In this document: piece after piece, positions 50,551-59,305 of the stretch
How the letters are laid out: every line of letters begins with the position of its first letter
Position numbering within the stretch: the stretch's first letter is position 1
NCBI GenBank assembly: GCA_039208735.1
Contig: JBCCQY010000029.1
Span: 10,522 to 74,521, forward strand
From: Myxococcota bacterium
GTDB taxonomy: Bacteria; Myxococcota_A; UBA796; GCA-2862545
Direction: 5' to 3'
Length of the DNA: 64,000 nucleotides
Made by a program: the position numbers and the translations under genes
Notes under the pieces: generated by a model
Databases searched by the model: none
Told to the model about the DNA's origin: nothing
The model's input: the letters and a program-made list of their open reading frames with translations, nothing else

Positions 50551-51492
50551 ATGGGTTTCGATAGGCGTTCCTTTCTCCTTGCCGGGGCCGCATCGCTTGC
50601 GTGCCCGGTTTTGGCTCATGGTTTCTCTCCCCGAGGTTCCAACATGTCTACTGACCTTCGGCGCATGGCGGTGGGTGAGGTTGCGCTCGCGATTCGTCAA
50701 CGCCAGACGCCCGGCACGCCGAGGCTGTTCATCCACGGCTCCCTTGAAGATCATCGGGGCTGGGATGAGGTGGTCGCGGCCCTACCGGTCGATGTGCCTT
50801 GGGTGGTCTATGACCGCCGGGGGCATGGTGCGAGTACGAATATGACTGGCCAAGGTCGACTATCGCAGGACGTCGAGGACGTGGCTCGCTTGATCGAGCA
50901 GCTGGGCAAGGGACCCATTCACGTCGTGGGACATTCGTATGGTGCGAACGTAGCTATCGCGTTGGCAGGGCGCTTTCGCAAAGGGGTCAAGAGTCTTGTG
51001 CTCTACGAACCGCCCGTGTTCGGCTTGTTGCGTGGCGTACCTGAGGTGGCCAAGCCCCTGCGGGCGGCCCAACGCTCGATGGGCGAGGCGAAGTCGCTCA
51101 TCGAGGAAGGCGCTTTGGAGCGTGGAACGAAGCACTTTGTCGAAGAGGTCGCGTTCGGGACCGGAAGTTGGGGCGCGTTGCTCGATGCCAATGCACGAGG
51201 ACGGATGCTTGCTCATGCCGACACGTGGCTCGATCAAGCCCGCGACCCAGAGCGGTTTGATATTGACGTCACGACCTTGGGGACGCTGCGCAATGCTTCG
51301 GGGAACTCCGTCGTCACCCTTGTGTCTGGCGCGGCGTCCTTGGCAACGTTTCGGGGGGTCGTGTCGCAGATCCGATCGAGGGTTCCTACCGTACGGCACG
51401 TCGAGATTCCGGGCGCTGGCCACGGGGCTCCTCTTTCGCATCCGGTCGAGTTCGCGGCGGTCATCGAGGCCCACGTTCGACGCCTTCGCTAG
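50551..51492 (+). CDS. Tat-exported alpha/beta hydrolase
   Basis: Twin-arginine signal DRRSFLL...LAHG. HGS, DRRGHG, GHSYG and AGHG motifs. Confidence 0.85.
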   Translation: MGFDRRSFLLAGAASLACPVLAHGFSPRGSNMSTDLRRMAVGEVALAIRQRQTPGTPRLFIHGSLEDHRGWDEVVAALPVDVPWVVYDRRGHGASTNMTGQGRLSQDVEDVARLIEQLGKGPIHVVGHSYGANVAIALAGRFRKGVKSLVLYEPPVFGLLRGVPEVAKPLRAAQRSMGEAKSLIEEGALERGTKHFVEEVAFGTGSWGALLDANARGRMLAHADTWLDQARDPERFDIDVTTLGTLRNASGNSVVTLVSGAASLATFRGVVSQIRSRVPTVRHVEIPGAGHGAPLSHPVEFAAVIEAHVRRLR

Positions 51493-52376
51493 CTTCGGAA
51501 TCGTTGCAAGGTGGCGACGGCGTAGTCCAACCGTAGGCGCATTCCGCCCGTCGGCGTCCGTTCAGAGAAATCCTGAAGGTGGTCCGCCAGCGCGGCAAGG
51601 GCATCGCTTTTGCTCGACGGCGCCACGCGGTCGAAAAGCGCGATCCACGGAGGGGAGTAGCGACACAATTGGCGCGCGATGACACCAACCGAGCTGCATT
51701 TGAGCCAAAGGATGCGGGATTCGACTTGGAGGAGTTGGCCAGTGTCCTGACTCAAGAGCTGCTCGAGCCCGGCCTTGGTGCTCCAAGGGGTTGGATCGGC
51801 TCGTTGCGGTAACGATTCTGTCAGTCCTACGATCGCGTCTGGAATTTCGCCCAATGCCGAGTTCGGACGCCACGCGGTGATCCGCACGAGGCCGCCCGGA
51901 CGCACGCTGCGAAACAGCTCGCCCATGGCTTGATGAGGGCGAGCCGACAACATGACGCCAAATGCCGAAGTGACAAGATCGAACCCTTGGAATTCCCTTA
52001 GGTCGTGAAAGGAGCCCTTACGGCAAGTCAAAGGGAGCTTCGCACCGTTGGCGCGCGCCCCTGCAATCGTCAACCAGGGTTCCGCAATGTCGAGCGCCGT
52101 GACCTGCGCACCGCCTTGAGCTGCCGCAAGGGCTACGGTGCCGGTTCCCGTGGCGACGTCGAGCAGGCGTTTGCCCTTCAGATTGAGCCCATCCAGACAC
52201 GCCAGCGAAGCGGGCACAAGCCACTCGCCGATGATGTCATACCGCCCTTTCGACCAGCGACGTTCGGATTGCTTGTCGTGGACGAGGTGTCCGGTGACCC
52301 CCGGTTCGGTGGGTTCAAGTGGTTCCGACGTTCCTGCTGCAGAGAAATCTGCAGATAACCATGGTCGATCCGTCAT
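51489..52376 (-). CDS. Class I SAM-dependent methyltransferase
   Basis: LLDVATGTG, ALDI, FDLVTSAFGVM and VRPGG motifs. Confidence 0.9.
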   Translation of the reverse strand: MTDRPWLSADFSAAGTSEPLEPTEPGVTGHLVHDKQSERRWSKGRYDIIGEWLVPASLACLDGLNLKGKRLLDVATGTGTVALAAAQGGAQVTALDIAEPWLTIAGARANGAKLPLTCRKGSFHDLREFQGFDLVTSAFGVMLSARPHQAMGELFRSVRPGGLVRITAWRPNSALGEIPDAIVGLTESLPQRADPTPWSTKAGLEQLLSQDTGQLLQVESRILWLKCSSVGVIARQLCRYSPPWIALFDRVAPSSKSDALAALADHLQDFSERTPTGGMRLRLDYAVATLQRFRS

Positions 52377-52397
52377 TTCGGCCCACTCTGATGGTTT

Positions 52398-52412
52398 TGA
52401 AATTCGTTTTCA
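52398..52412. promoter_or_regulatory. Fur-like 7-1-7 box upstream of the methyltransferase
   Basis: TGAAATT-C-GTTTTCA, about 20 bp before the minus-strand start codon. Confidence 0.6.
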
Positions 52413-52532
52413 ATACTAGCGGATGGCCGCCAACTTCGCCGCCGAGAACACCTCAGCGTTCGAAGTCCTGACGTTTCGCGACCTGCATCGTATATCGAAT
52501 TAGTAGTTGCCTGTTCTTGAGCGATTGATAAA

Positions 52533-52553
52533 TGAAAATGACTTTCATTTTCA
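52533..52553. promoter_or_regulatory. Double overlapping Fur-like box upstream of the ABC pair
   Basis: TGAAAATGACTTTCATTTTCA: two 7-1-7 units offset by 6 bp, the classical Fur arrangement. Confidence 0.8.
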
Positions 52554-52583
52554 TGATTGAGACTTAACCGGGCGGAGGCGTGT

Positions 52584-54323
52584 ATGAAGCTTCTCATGCC
52601 GTATTTGAAGCTCCACTGGGCGACATTGGGGACGGCCATCCTGCTGGCGGTTGGCGGGGCACTGCTGGAGCTGTTGCCCCACGGGATCGTCTATGCGGCG
52701 GCGCTCGACGTTTTCGCGAGCCCGCCACGCACCGATCGTCTGCTTCTCTGGGCGGGGCTGGCGATGGGAGGGGTCGTGGTTCGGTTCCTTCTGCTGGGAG
52801 GATCGCTCGTGCTCAGCCACAAGGTGGCCTTTCAGGTCCTACGGTCGCTTCGGGAGGCCTTGGTGCAGCGGCTGGCCGCAAGCCCCGCCCAAGCACGGGA
52901 TGGCCATTCTCCAGCCTCCCTGAAGAAGGTCCTCGTTGAGGATGTCGATGGCCTCGAGAACCTCTTCGCGCACAACCTCGTGGACTTGGCCAGTGGATTC
53001 CTCGTGCCGATCCTGGCCTGGATCGTGCTGATTCAGGTCGATTCACGCCTCGCGTTGGCCAGTGTCGCGCTGGTTCCCGTGGCGTTCCTTTCCATGGCCT
53101 TCACCATGCGCGACATGAACCAGCAGTTCGTGGATTGGCATGGGGCAGAAGCACGCGCCAACTCCAGTATTCTCGAGTACCTACGCGGCATCGCCGTTTT
53201 AAAGGCCCACGATGCCGACGCTAGCTCGCTGGCTCGAGTTCGGGGGGCGGTCGAGGGGGTGGCGAACCTCGCCGTCACCATGACGAAGCAGAGTTCGATC
53301 GGCTACACGTTGTTTTCAAGCTTCTTGCAAAACAACATGGTCGTCATCCTGCCTATCGGGGTGTGGCTGCACCAGACGGGAGCGATCGACACCCCCGCCT
53401 TGGTGTTGTTCATCGTGCTTGGGTTTGGGCTCACCGCGCCGTTGCTGAAGCTGCTGTTCTTGTTTGGCAATCTGCAACACAGCACCGTGCGAATCCAGAG
53501 GGTCCAAGACGTCCTCGACTTGCCCTTTGAGCCGCTCCGTCCTGCGGTAGACGTGGCCTCGGCGAAGTTGTCTGTGCGAGGTCTGTCGTTCGCCTATGAA
53601 GATGCGCGTGGCCACGTTCTGAACGACGTCACCTTCGATGCTGAACCCGGAACCGTCACGGCGATTGTGGGGCCTTCGGGGTCGGGTAAGTCGACGCTCC
53701 TTCAGTTGCTCGCAGGGATTCGTCTTCCAGAGGAGGGCGAGATCGAGCTGGGGGGCATATCGACGCGGTCGCTCTCGGCGGTCGACCGCGATCGACACAT
53801 CACCTCGCTCGCACAGCATGCGTGGTTGTTTCGGGGCTCGCTTCGCGACAACCTCACCTTAGGCATGGCGGACGTTTCGGCCACGGCCCTCGAACAGGCG
53901 GTGGACGCGGCGAGGCTGCGAGCCGTGGTGGAAGGGCTTGAGGGAGGCTTGGACGGCCTCGTGGGAGAACGAGGAGCCACACTGTCGGGTGGGGAGGCAC
54001 AGCGTGTCGCGATTGCTAGGGCGTTCCTGCGCGATCGTAAGGTCCTGCTTCTGGATGAGGTGACGGCACACTTGGATCCCGAAAACGAGCGAGCCGTCCA
54101 AGAGGCGCTGGCGCGACTTGTTCCCGGACGCACCGTGGTGGTCGTGGCGCATCGGCTGCGCACGGTGCAGGACGCAGACCAAATTCTTGTTCTGGATGCG
54201 GGCAGGGTCGTGGGGAAGGGAACGCACGCTTCGCTGCAGGCCGGCTGTCCGGTCTACGCTCGCTTGTGGGCATCACAGGAACGAAGCCAGGTATGGCGTA
54301 TCGGAGCTGAGGTGGCATCATGA
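52584..54323 (+). CDS. YbtP/IrtA-like ABC transporter (fused TMD-NBD)
   Basis: 'LSHKVAF..L..LR', 'LKKVLVEDVD.LE..FAH', GPSGSGKST, LSGGEAQR and LDEVTAHLDPENE. Confidence 0.85.
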   Translation: MKLLMPYLKLHWATLGTAILLAVGGALLELLPHGIVYAAALDVFASPPRTDRLLLWAGLAMGGVVVRFLLLGGSLVLSHKVAFQVLRSLREALVQRLAASPAQARDGHSPASLKKVLVEDVDGLENLFAHNLVDLASGFLVPILAWIVLIQVDSRLALASVALVPVAFLSMAFTMRDMNQQFVDWHGAEARANSSILEYLRGIAVLKAHDADASSLARVRGAVEGVANLAVTMTKQSSIGYTLFSSFLQNNMVVILPIGVWLHQTGAIDTPALVLFIVLGFGLTAPLLKLLFLFGNLQHSTVRIQRVQDVLDLPFEPLRPAVDVASAKLSVRGLSFAYEDARGHVLNDVTFDAEPGTVTAIVGPSGSGKSTLLQLLAGIRLPEEGEIELGGISTRSLSAVDRDRHITSLAQHAWLFRGSLRDNLTLGMADVSATALEQAVDAARLRAVVEGLEGGLDGLVGERGATLSGGEAQRVAIARAFLRDRKVLLLDEVTAHLDPENERAVQEALARLVPGRTVVVVAHRLRTVQDADQILVLDAGRVVGKGTHASLQAGCPVYARLWASQERSQVWRIGAEVAS

Positions 54324-56053
54324 TCGACTTTGGTTTCGACCTTGCAGGAAAGCGAGAGCCTCGACTGGTTCGGGGCATTGTGCTGTCGTCGCTTGGCGCC
54401 ATCCTTGAAGCCGCTCCGCTCCTTGTCGCATTTGCGGTTTTGGATCGGGTCTTCGCGGGCGAGGTGTCGTCGATTCCGCTGGGCCTCCTCACCGCCGTCT
54501 TGGTGGGACTCCTCGTGATTTCGTTCGCCTTTCGCAGCGTGGGCTCGATCGACAATTTCGTCGCGACCTATCGACTCGTTGCGGCGACTCGACTCCGGCT
54601 CGCAGACCACCTGCGACGGCTGCCGATGGGGTTTTTCCAGGGCCGACGAATGGGCGAGCTTGCGAGCGTGCTGACCGACGAGTTTGCGCTGTATACCGAG
54701 GTGGCAACCCACGCCTGGGGCATGACAGTGGCGAACATTGCCTTGCCTGTGGCGCTCGCCGGCGTGTTGGCCCTCGCCGATTGGCGACTGGCCCTGGTGG
54801 CGCTGCTGCCCGTCCCCCTGGCCATTGCTGCATTGCCGTGGAGCTTTTCAAGGATCAATGCTGCATCAGATCGGTTGTCCCAGCACCGGTCGGCCTTGGT
54901 CGCCGACCTCGTCGAGTTTGTCGATGGCCTGCCCACCCTGACGGCCTTTCAGGCCACCCAGCCCTTTCGGGAACGAATTGCCGAACGTTCGGCGGCCTTG
55001 TCCCGCCAGCAGATGCGGGCCGAACTCGCGCCGGCGCCGACGGTCCTCGGGTTTGGCCTTTTGGTGCATGCCGGATTTGCCTTGGTCCTCCTTGGAGGAG
55101 CCCTGTTCATGGAGCCCTTGGGCATCGCCCCGGCTCGCTTCGTCCTCGTGGCGCTATTGACCGCCCACTTCACCCGTACGTTGGCCGAACTCGTCATTTT
55201 CCTCTCTGCGGCTCGATTCGCGGCCCGCACCCTGCAGCGAACGCGGAAGCTTTTTGCGGAGGCCGTGCAGCCGGAGGGTTTAGAGGCGGTGGAGGGTCGG
55301 GCCGAAGTGGCGTTCGAAAACGTCCGGTTCTCTTATGGGCAAGTCTCTGCGCTCAACTCGCTGACCCTGGGATTTCCAGAGGGCTCGGTGACGGCATTGG
55401 TCGGACCCTCAGGCTCCGGAAAGTCGACGCTGGCGAAGTTGTTGTTGCGCCTCTGGGATATCGACGCCGGACGCATCGAACTTGGAGGAACCGAGCTTTC
55501 AGCGCTTCGGTTGTCGGAGGTCCATCGCCACGTCGCTTCGATTTTCCAAGACGTTGTGCTCTTTGAGGAAAGCGTCATGGACAACATTCGCTTGTCGCAC
55601 CCCACGGCGAGCCTCGATGCGGTGGTGGCGGCGGCCAAAGCCGCAGGTGCCCATACCTTCATCGAAAACCTCCCTGAGGGCTATGACACGGTGCTCGGAC
55701 CTGGAGGGGGCCGGTTGTCGGGTGGCGAACGACAGCGCGTCGCGATTGCACGCGCGCTGCTCAAAAATGCGCCCATTCTCATCCTGGATGAGGCGACGGC
55801 CAGTGTCGATCCTGACCAGGAGCACGAAATCCAACGCGCCATTGCGAACCTGATGCGGGGTCGCACGGTCGTTGTGATCGCACATCGATTGTGGACGGTG
55901 CGAGATGTGGATCAAATTTTCGTGCTGGACAAAGGGTCGATCGTCGAGCGCGGCACTCATGAGGAACTGTTCGATGCCGAGGGACTGTACCGTCGGCTCT
56001 GGGATGCTCAACAAGCCTCATCGAACTGGCGTTTGGGTGGCTCCGCTCGATGA
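54320..56053 (+). CDS. YbtQ/IrtB-like ABC transporter (fused TMD-NBD)
   Basis: 'RLRLADHLRRLPMGFF...GEL...T', GPSGSGKST, LSGGERQR and LDEATASVDP. Coupled to the previous gene. Confidence 0.85.
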   Translation: MIDFGFDLAGKREPRLVRGIVLSSLGAILEAAPLLVAFAVLDRVFAGEVSSIPLGLLTAVLVGLLVISFAFRSVGSIDNFVATYRLVAATRLRLADHLRRLPMGFFQGRRMGELASVLTDEFALYTEVATHAWGMTVANIALPVALAGVLALADWRLALVALLPVPLAIAALPWSFSRINAASDRLSQHRSALVADLVEFVDGLPTLTAFQATQPFRERIAERSAALSRQQMRAELAPAPTVLGFGLLVHAGFALVLLGGALFMEPLGIAPARFVLVALLTAHFTRTLAELVIFLSAARFAARTLQRTRKLFAEAVQPEGLEAVEGRAEVAFENVRFSYGQVSALNSLTLGFPEGSVTALVGPSGSGKSTLAKLLLRLWDIDAGRIELGGTELSALRLSEVHRHVASIFQDVVLFEESVMDNIRLSHPTASLDAVVAAAKAAGAHTFIENLPEGYDTVLGPGGGRLSGGERQRVAIARALLKNAPILILDEATASVDPDQEHEIQRAIANLMRGRTVVVIAHRLWTVRDVDQIFVLDKGSIVERGTHEELFDAEGLYRRLWDAQQASSNWRLGGSAR

Positions 56054-56901
56054 ATGAACCCAACAAGCGAGGCACCATGAAGCGTGTGGCCGTGCAACTC
56101 GGACCTGTTCAGGAAACCCTGCTTATTCCTTTGCTAGGGCGGTCTGAAGAGACCAGAAAGACGCGTGGATTGCTCCACGATCCCAAGTCGGTCGAAATTG
56201 TGGAGTCGCTCGAGTACGACTTTACGAAATGGAAGGGCATTCCCAGCTTGGCTGGCGCGTGCGTTCGTGCGTGTTTGTTTGATCAGCACGTTCGTGACTT
56301 TCTTGATGCACATCCACAAGGGACCATCGTGGAGATTGGGGCCGGGCTCAACACTCGCTACGAGCGGCTCGACAATGGCCAAGCGCATTGGATTGAAATC
56401 GACCTGCCTGACAGCATGACGCTTCGTCGGCAGTTCTTCGACGACGAGGCACGCCGGACGATGATGGCGGCCAGTGTGTTGGACGAGGGTTGGCTCGACG
56501 AAGTGGCGGAGCGACCCGGTCCGGTCTGCTTTGTCTCAGAGGCGGTGATCGTCTACCTGGATGAGCCAGACGTCGAACGAGCCTTGCGGCAGATCGGACG
56601 CCGCTTTCCCGGGGCTTGGCTCATCACCGACACGGTGAGCCGCAAGATGGTCGATGAGCAGCACAAGCACGACGCCATGCGGACCATGCCGAAGGCCAGC
56701 TGGTTTCGGTGGAAGTGCGATGATCCCCGCACGCTAGAGGCATGGGGATTGCGTTTGGTGCGCTCCGAGACCTTCCTCGATGCCCCTTCCGATGTCGTCG
56801 ACCGAATGCCGTGGTCGTTTCGCATGCTGACCCGTTGGGCGCCGTGGCTGATTCGTCGCCGTGTGGAGGGCTACCGCATCAACCGGTTCTTGATGGGTTG
56901 A
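56050..56901 (+). CDS. TcmP/leucine-carboxyl-methyltransferase-like SAM methyltransferase
   Basis: VQETLLIPL..R, VEIGAGLNTRYER, EIDLP and SEAV..YL motifs. Confidence 0.85.
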   Translation: MNEPNKRGTMKRVAVQLGPVQETLLIPLLGRSEETRKTRGLLHDPKSVEIVESLEYDFTKWKGIPSLAGACVRACLFDQHVRDFLDAHPQGTIVEIGAGLNTRYERLDNGQAHWIEIDLPDSMTLRRQFFDDEARRTMMAASVLDEGWLDEVAERPGPVCFVSEAVIVYLDEPDVERALRQIGRRFPGAWLITDTVSRKMVDEQHKHDAMRTMPKASWFRWKCDDPRTLEAWGLRLVRSETFLDAPSDVVDRMPWSFRMLTRWAPWLIRRRVEGYRINRFLMG

Positions 56902-57003
56902 ACTCGTTTCATCGAACGCGCCGCGGCAGGTAGCCACAGGCGCAAGTGCAACCCTGTGTTGCCCCTCTTGGGAGGGCGGGTCCCCGCGGCAGGGCTACTC
57001 TCA

Positions 57004-57024
57004 TGAAAATGAAATTCATTTTCA
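57004..57024. promoter_or_regulatory. Perfect 10-1-10 palindrome, Fur-like box
   Basis: TGAAAATGAA-A-TTCATTTTCA, 19/21 identical to 52533-52553. Confidence 0.75.
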
Positions 57025-57034
57025 ATAGGGTGGT

Positions 57035-57895
57035 ATGGAATCGCTGCTGGAGCTTTGCGACAACATCCTTGCTTCGCCCGATGAGGAGGACCGATGGCTC
57101 GTCCTCGGCGATGCGCTTCTCGACCGTGGAGAACCGCGCGGGGAACTCATTTTGCTAACGAGTGCGGAGGCCGTTCGGCTCCGTGTGCGGTGCCAGGCGC
57201 CGGCATCTGCAGAGAAGCCAAGGGTTCTGCACCTTGGATCCCTGGAGTCTGTGGTCCAACGGATGCGTATCGCCGAGCTGACGGACGAAGCCTCGTGGAC
57301 CCGGGCCCTTCGACTCGCCCCGTCTCAAACGAACTGGCGAATCGGCTGGCATCGAGGGGCCGTTGAACGGTTGAGCTTTGACGAGGCCTCTGCGGTCGAT
57401 GTCGTCGAGGTTTTGCATCAGCTTGAGGGTCACTGGGCGGGTCGACTGTGCCAGCGACTCCGACTCGCCGACGTGGCGTCTGCTCACGGCGCGGCCAAGA
57501 CACTGGTGCAACACGCTGGATTCCGTCGCCTTCGTGCGCTTTCGGTCGGTGACGGACCCATCCTCGAGGAACTGCTGGTCAGCGCGTCCAACGTACGTGA
57601 ACTTGAGCTGCACTCCTTCGTGATGTCCGAGTCCCAGCTCCAACGGTTGCTCGATGCCCCCTGGCTGGACCAGTTGCATGCGCTCACCCTTGCCGTCGAG
57701 CTTCCTCCAGGACACGCCGAGCGCGTTGCCGACTGCCCGCGGCTCCGGAACCTACGGCGGCTCGATGGGCCGTTCAAACGAGAGATCTTGGAATCAAGCC
57801 CGCACCTCTCGAACTGCCGCTTCTGCGTTTGGATGCCGAGCCTCTTAAAGTGTCGGCAAGCCAGGAGAACAAGCCGCATGCTGGCTGCCGTGTAG
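57035..57895 (+). CDS. TIGR02996-like protein with short LRR region
   Basis: ILASPDEEDRWLVLGDALLDRGEPRGELILL, followed by LRR-like segments. Confidence 0.75.
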   Translation: MESLLELCDNILASPDEEDRWLVLGDALLDRGEPRGELILLTSAEAVRLRVRCQAPASAEKPRVLHLGSLESVVQRMRIAELTDEASWTRALRLAPSQTNWRIGWHRGAVERLSFDEASAVDVVEVLHQLEGHWAGRLCQRLRLADVASAHGAAKTLVQHAGFRRLRALSVGDGPILEELLVSASNVRELELHSFVMSESQLQRLLDAPWLDQLHALTLAVELPPGHAERVADCPRLRNLRRLDGPFKREILESSPHLSNCRFCVWMPSLLKCRQARRTSRMLAAV

Positions 57896-57959
57896 AGGTG
57901 TGACCTGGCCTGTTCATCCTAGGCCGCTGCCTGCTCGGAGCAACCTGCGTGATGAGACC

Positions 57960-58637
57960 CTACGTGGCGTTGCCTTCGTTGCGTTCATCATGGTCCGGCT
58001 GGTCGAGAATCTCGAGGGCTTCCGCCAATGCCTTTTCCGAAAGGACGCTTACGAGCAGACAGCGAAGTAGCTCATCGATGATGTCGTCCGCCTGCTGCTT
58101 TAAGGCGGGCATCTGATCGGCACGGTCCCAGAATCCTCGTGTGACCGCATCGATCATCAGTCTTGCGGCGTCGACGCTAACGTTTGGATGAAGAACGCCT
58201 GCCTGTTGGGCGCCAACGAACTTCTCTCGAACTCGGGCGTCGAGCTCGTTGCCTTGAGGGATCTCGGGTAGCCGGCCTTCGAGGCTTGCCCACCGCATAA
58301 GGCGTGCCACCCGACGGTGACGTCCCAAGAATTCGAACAGGGTCCGAATGCCTTGTGTGAAGAAGCGAACGTCGGAGCCGTCGCGGTTCCATTGGTCGAA
58401 CTGGGCCGCTTCGTACCGCTCGAGGACCCGGATGACCACAGCATCGAAAAGCGCGTCTTTGGTTTTGAAGTAGTGATGGATGAGGGGCTGGGTCACCCCG
58501 ACATTTCGGGCTACATCGCGCAATTTGGTGTCGTGAAACCCACGCTCGGCAAACGCGATCTCGGCCGCATCGAGCAGCGCGGTTCGCGTCGCCCGAGCCT
58601 GTTCGCTCTGAGGCATTCGTAGCCCGTACCTCATCAC
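57960..58637 (-). CDS. TetR/AcrR family regulator
   Basis: LLDAAE.AFAERGF...LRDVARNVGVTQPLIHHYFKTKDALF. Confidence 0.9.
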   Translation of the reverse strand: MMRYGLRMPQSEQARATRTALLDAAEIAFAERGFHDTKLRDVARNVGVTQPLIHHYFKTKDALFDAVVIRVLERYEAAQFDQWNRDGSDVRFFTQGIRTLFEFLGRHRRVARLMRWASLEGRLPEIPQGNELDARVREKFVGAQQAGVLHPNVSVDAARLMIDAVTRGFWDRADQMPALKQQADDIIDELLRCLLVSVLSEKALAEALEILDQPDHDERNEGNAT

Positions 58638-59200
58638 TCGATCGGACTCAACCTGCTCACTGAACGGTCAAGGTTCGACCGCACGACCATGAGGGCGAAC
58701 CCCAGCAGGTTCTTCCCGCGCCAGGCGGATGGATGCCCTGCATCGGGGTTCGACGCTCCCATGCCGATGCCCCAGATCCGGTCGCGGGGTGAGGCTTCGA
58801 CGAGCACCCGGCGGCCGGTGGCCATCAGGAAGTCGCGCAGCTCGGGGTTCTGCTCGAACTTCGCGACATTGCCACGCACCACCACGTCGAACCGTTCGGC
58901 GTTCCACACCGTGTCCTGAAAGTTGCGTACCTTGCGGCCAAACGCCTTGGCTTTGCCTGGGTCGTCGGTCGACAGGATGGCCTCCCGCATCGTGGCATCC
59001 TCGAACAAGCGTGCCTTTTCGGCCATCATGAAGTGCTCAGCGGTGGCGTACTCATCATCATCGACGGTGAACGGCGACGAAAACCACTGACTGAGCACCC
59101 ACGGACCCATTGTGCTGGGCCGGTTCGGGGTGTGACCCCAAAAGTGCAGGAACGTCATCGGTTCACCACGCGCTTCGCGGTCCTTCAGGTCCGCAAGCAT
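58634..59200 (-). CDS. NADAR (YbiA-like) family protein
   Basis: FWGH, LSQWF, TAEHFMMAEKARLF, AKAFGRKV, LVEASPRDRIWGIG and GKNLLGFALM motifs. Start approximate. Confidence 0.92.
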   Translation of the reverse strand: MLADLKDREARGEPMTFLHFWGHTPNRPSTMGPWVLSQWFSSPFTVDDDEYATAEHFMMAEKARLFEDATMREAILSTDDPGKAKAFGRKVRNFQDTVWNAERFDVVVRGNVAKFEQNPELRDFLMATGRRVLVEASPRDRIWGIGMGASNPDAGHPSAWRGKNLLGFALMVVRSNLDRSVSRLSPIE

Positions 59201-59251
59201 GGCTTTGGGCTTCACAGTCACTCCATGTGCATCGAGGTTCTCGACACTCAA

Positions 59252-59293
59252 CATATATCTGACTAGCATATATGCATGATGCATCTTTGATGC
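59252..59293. promoter_or_regulatory. Palindromic operator candidate(s) in the divergent NADAR/SPFH promoter
   Basis: CATATAT-N9-ATATATG (59252-59274) and GCATC-TTT-GATGC (59281-59293) in an AT-rich intergenic stretch. Confidence 0.4.
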
Positions 59294-59305
59294 GAGGAGG
59301 TCAGA

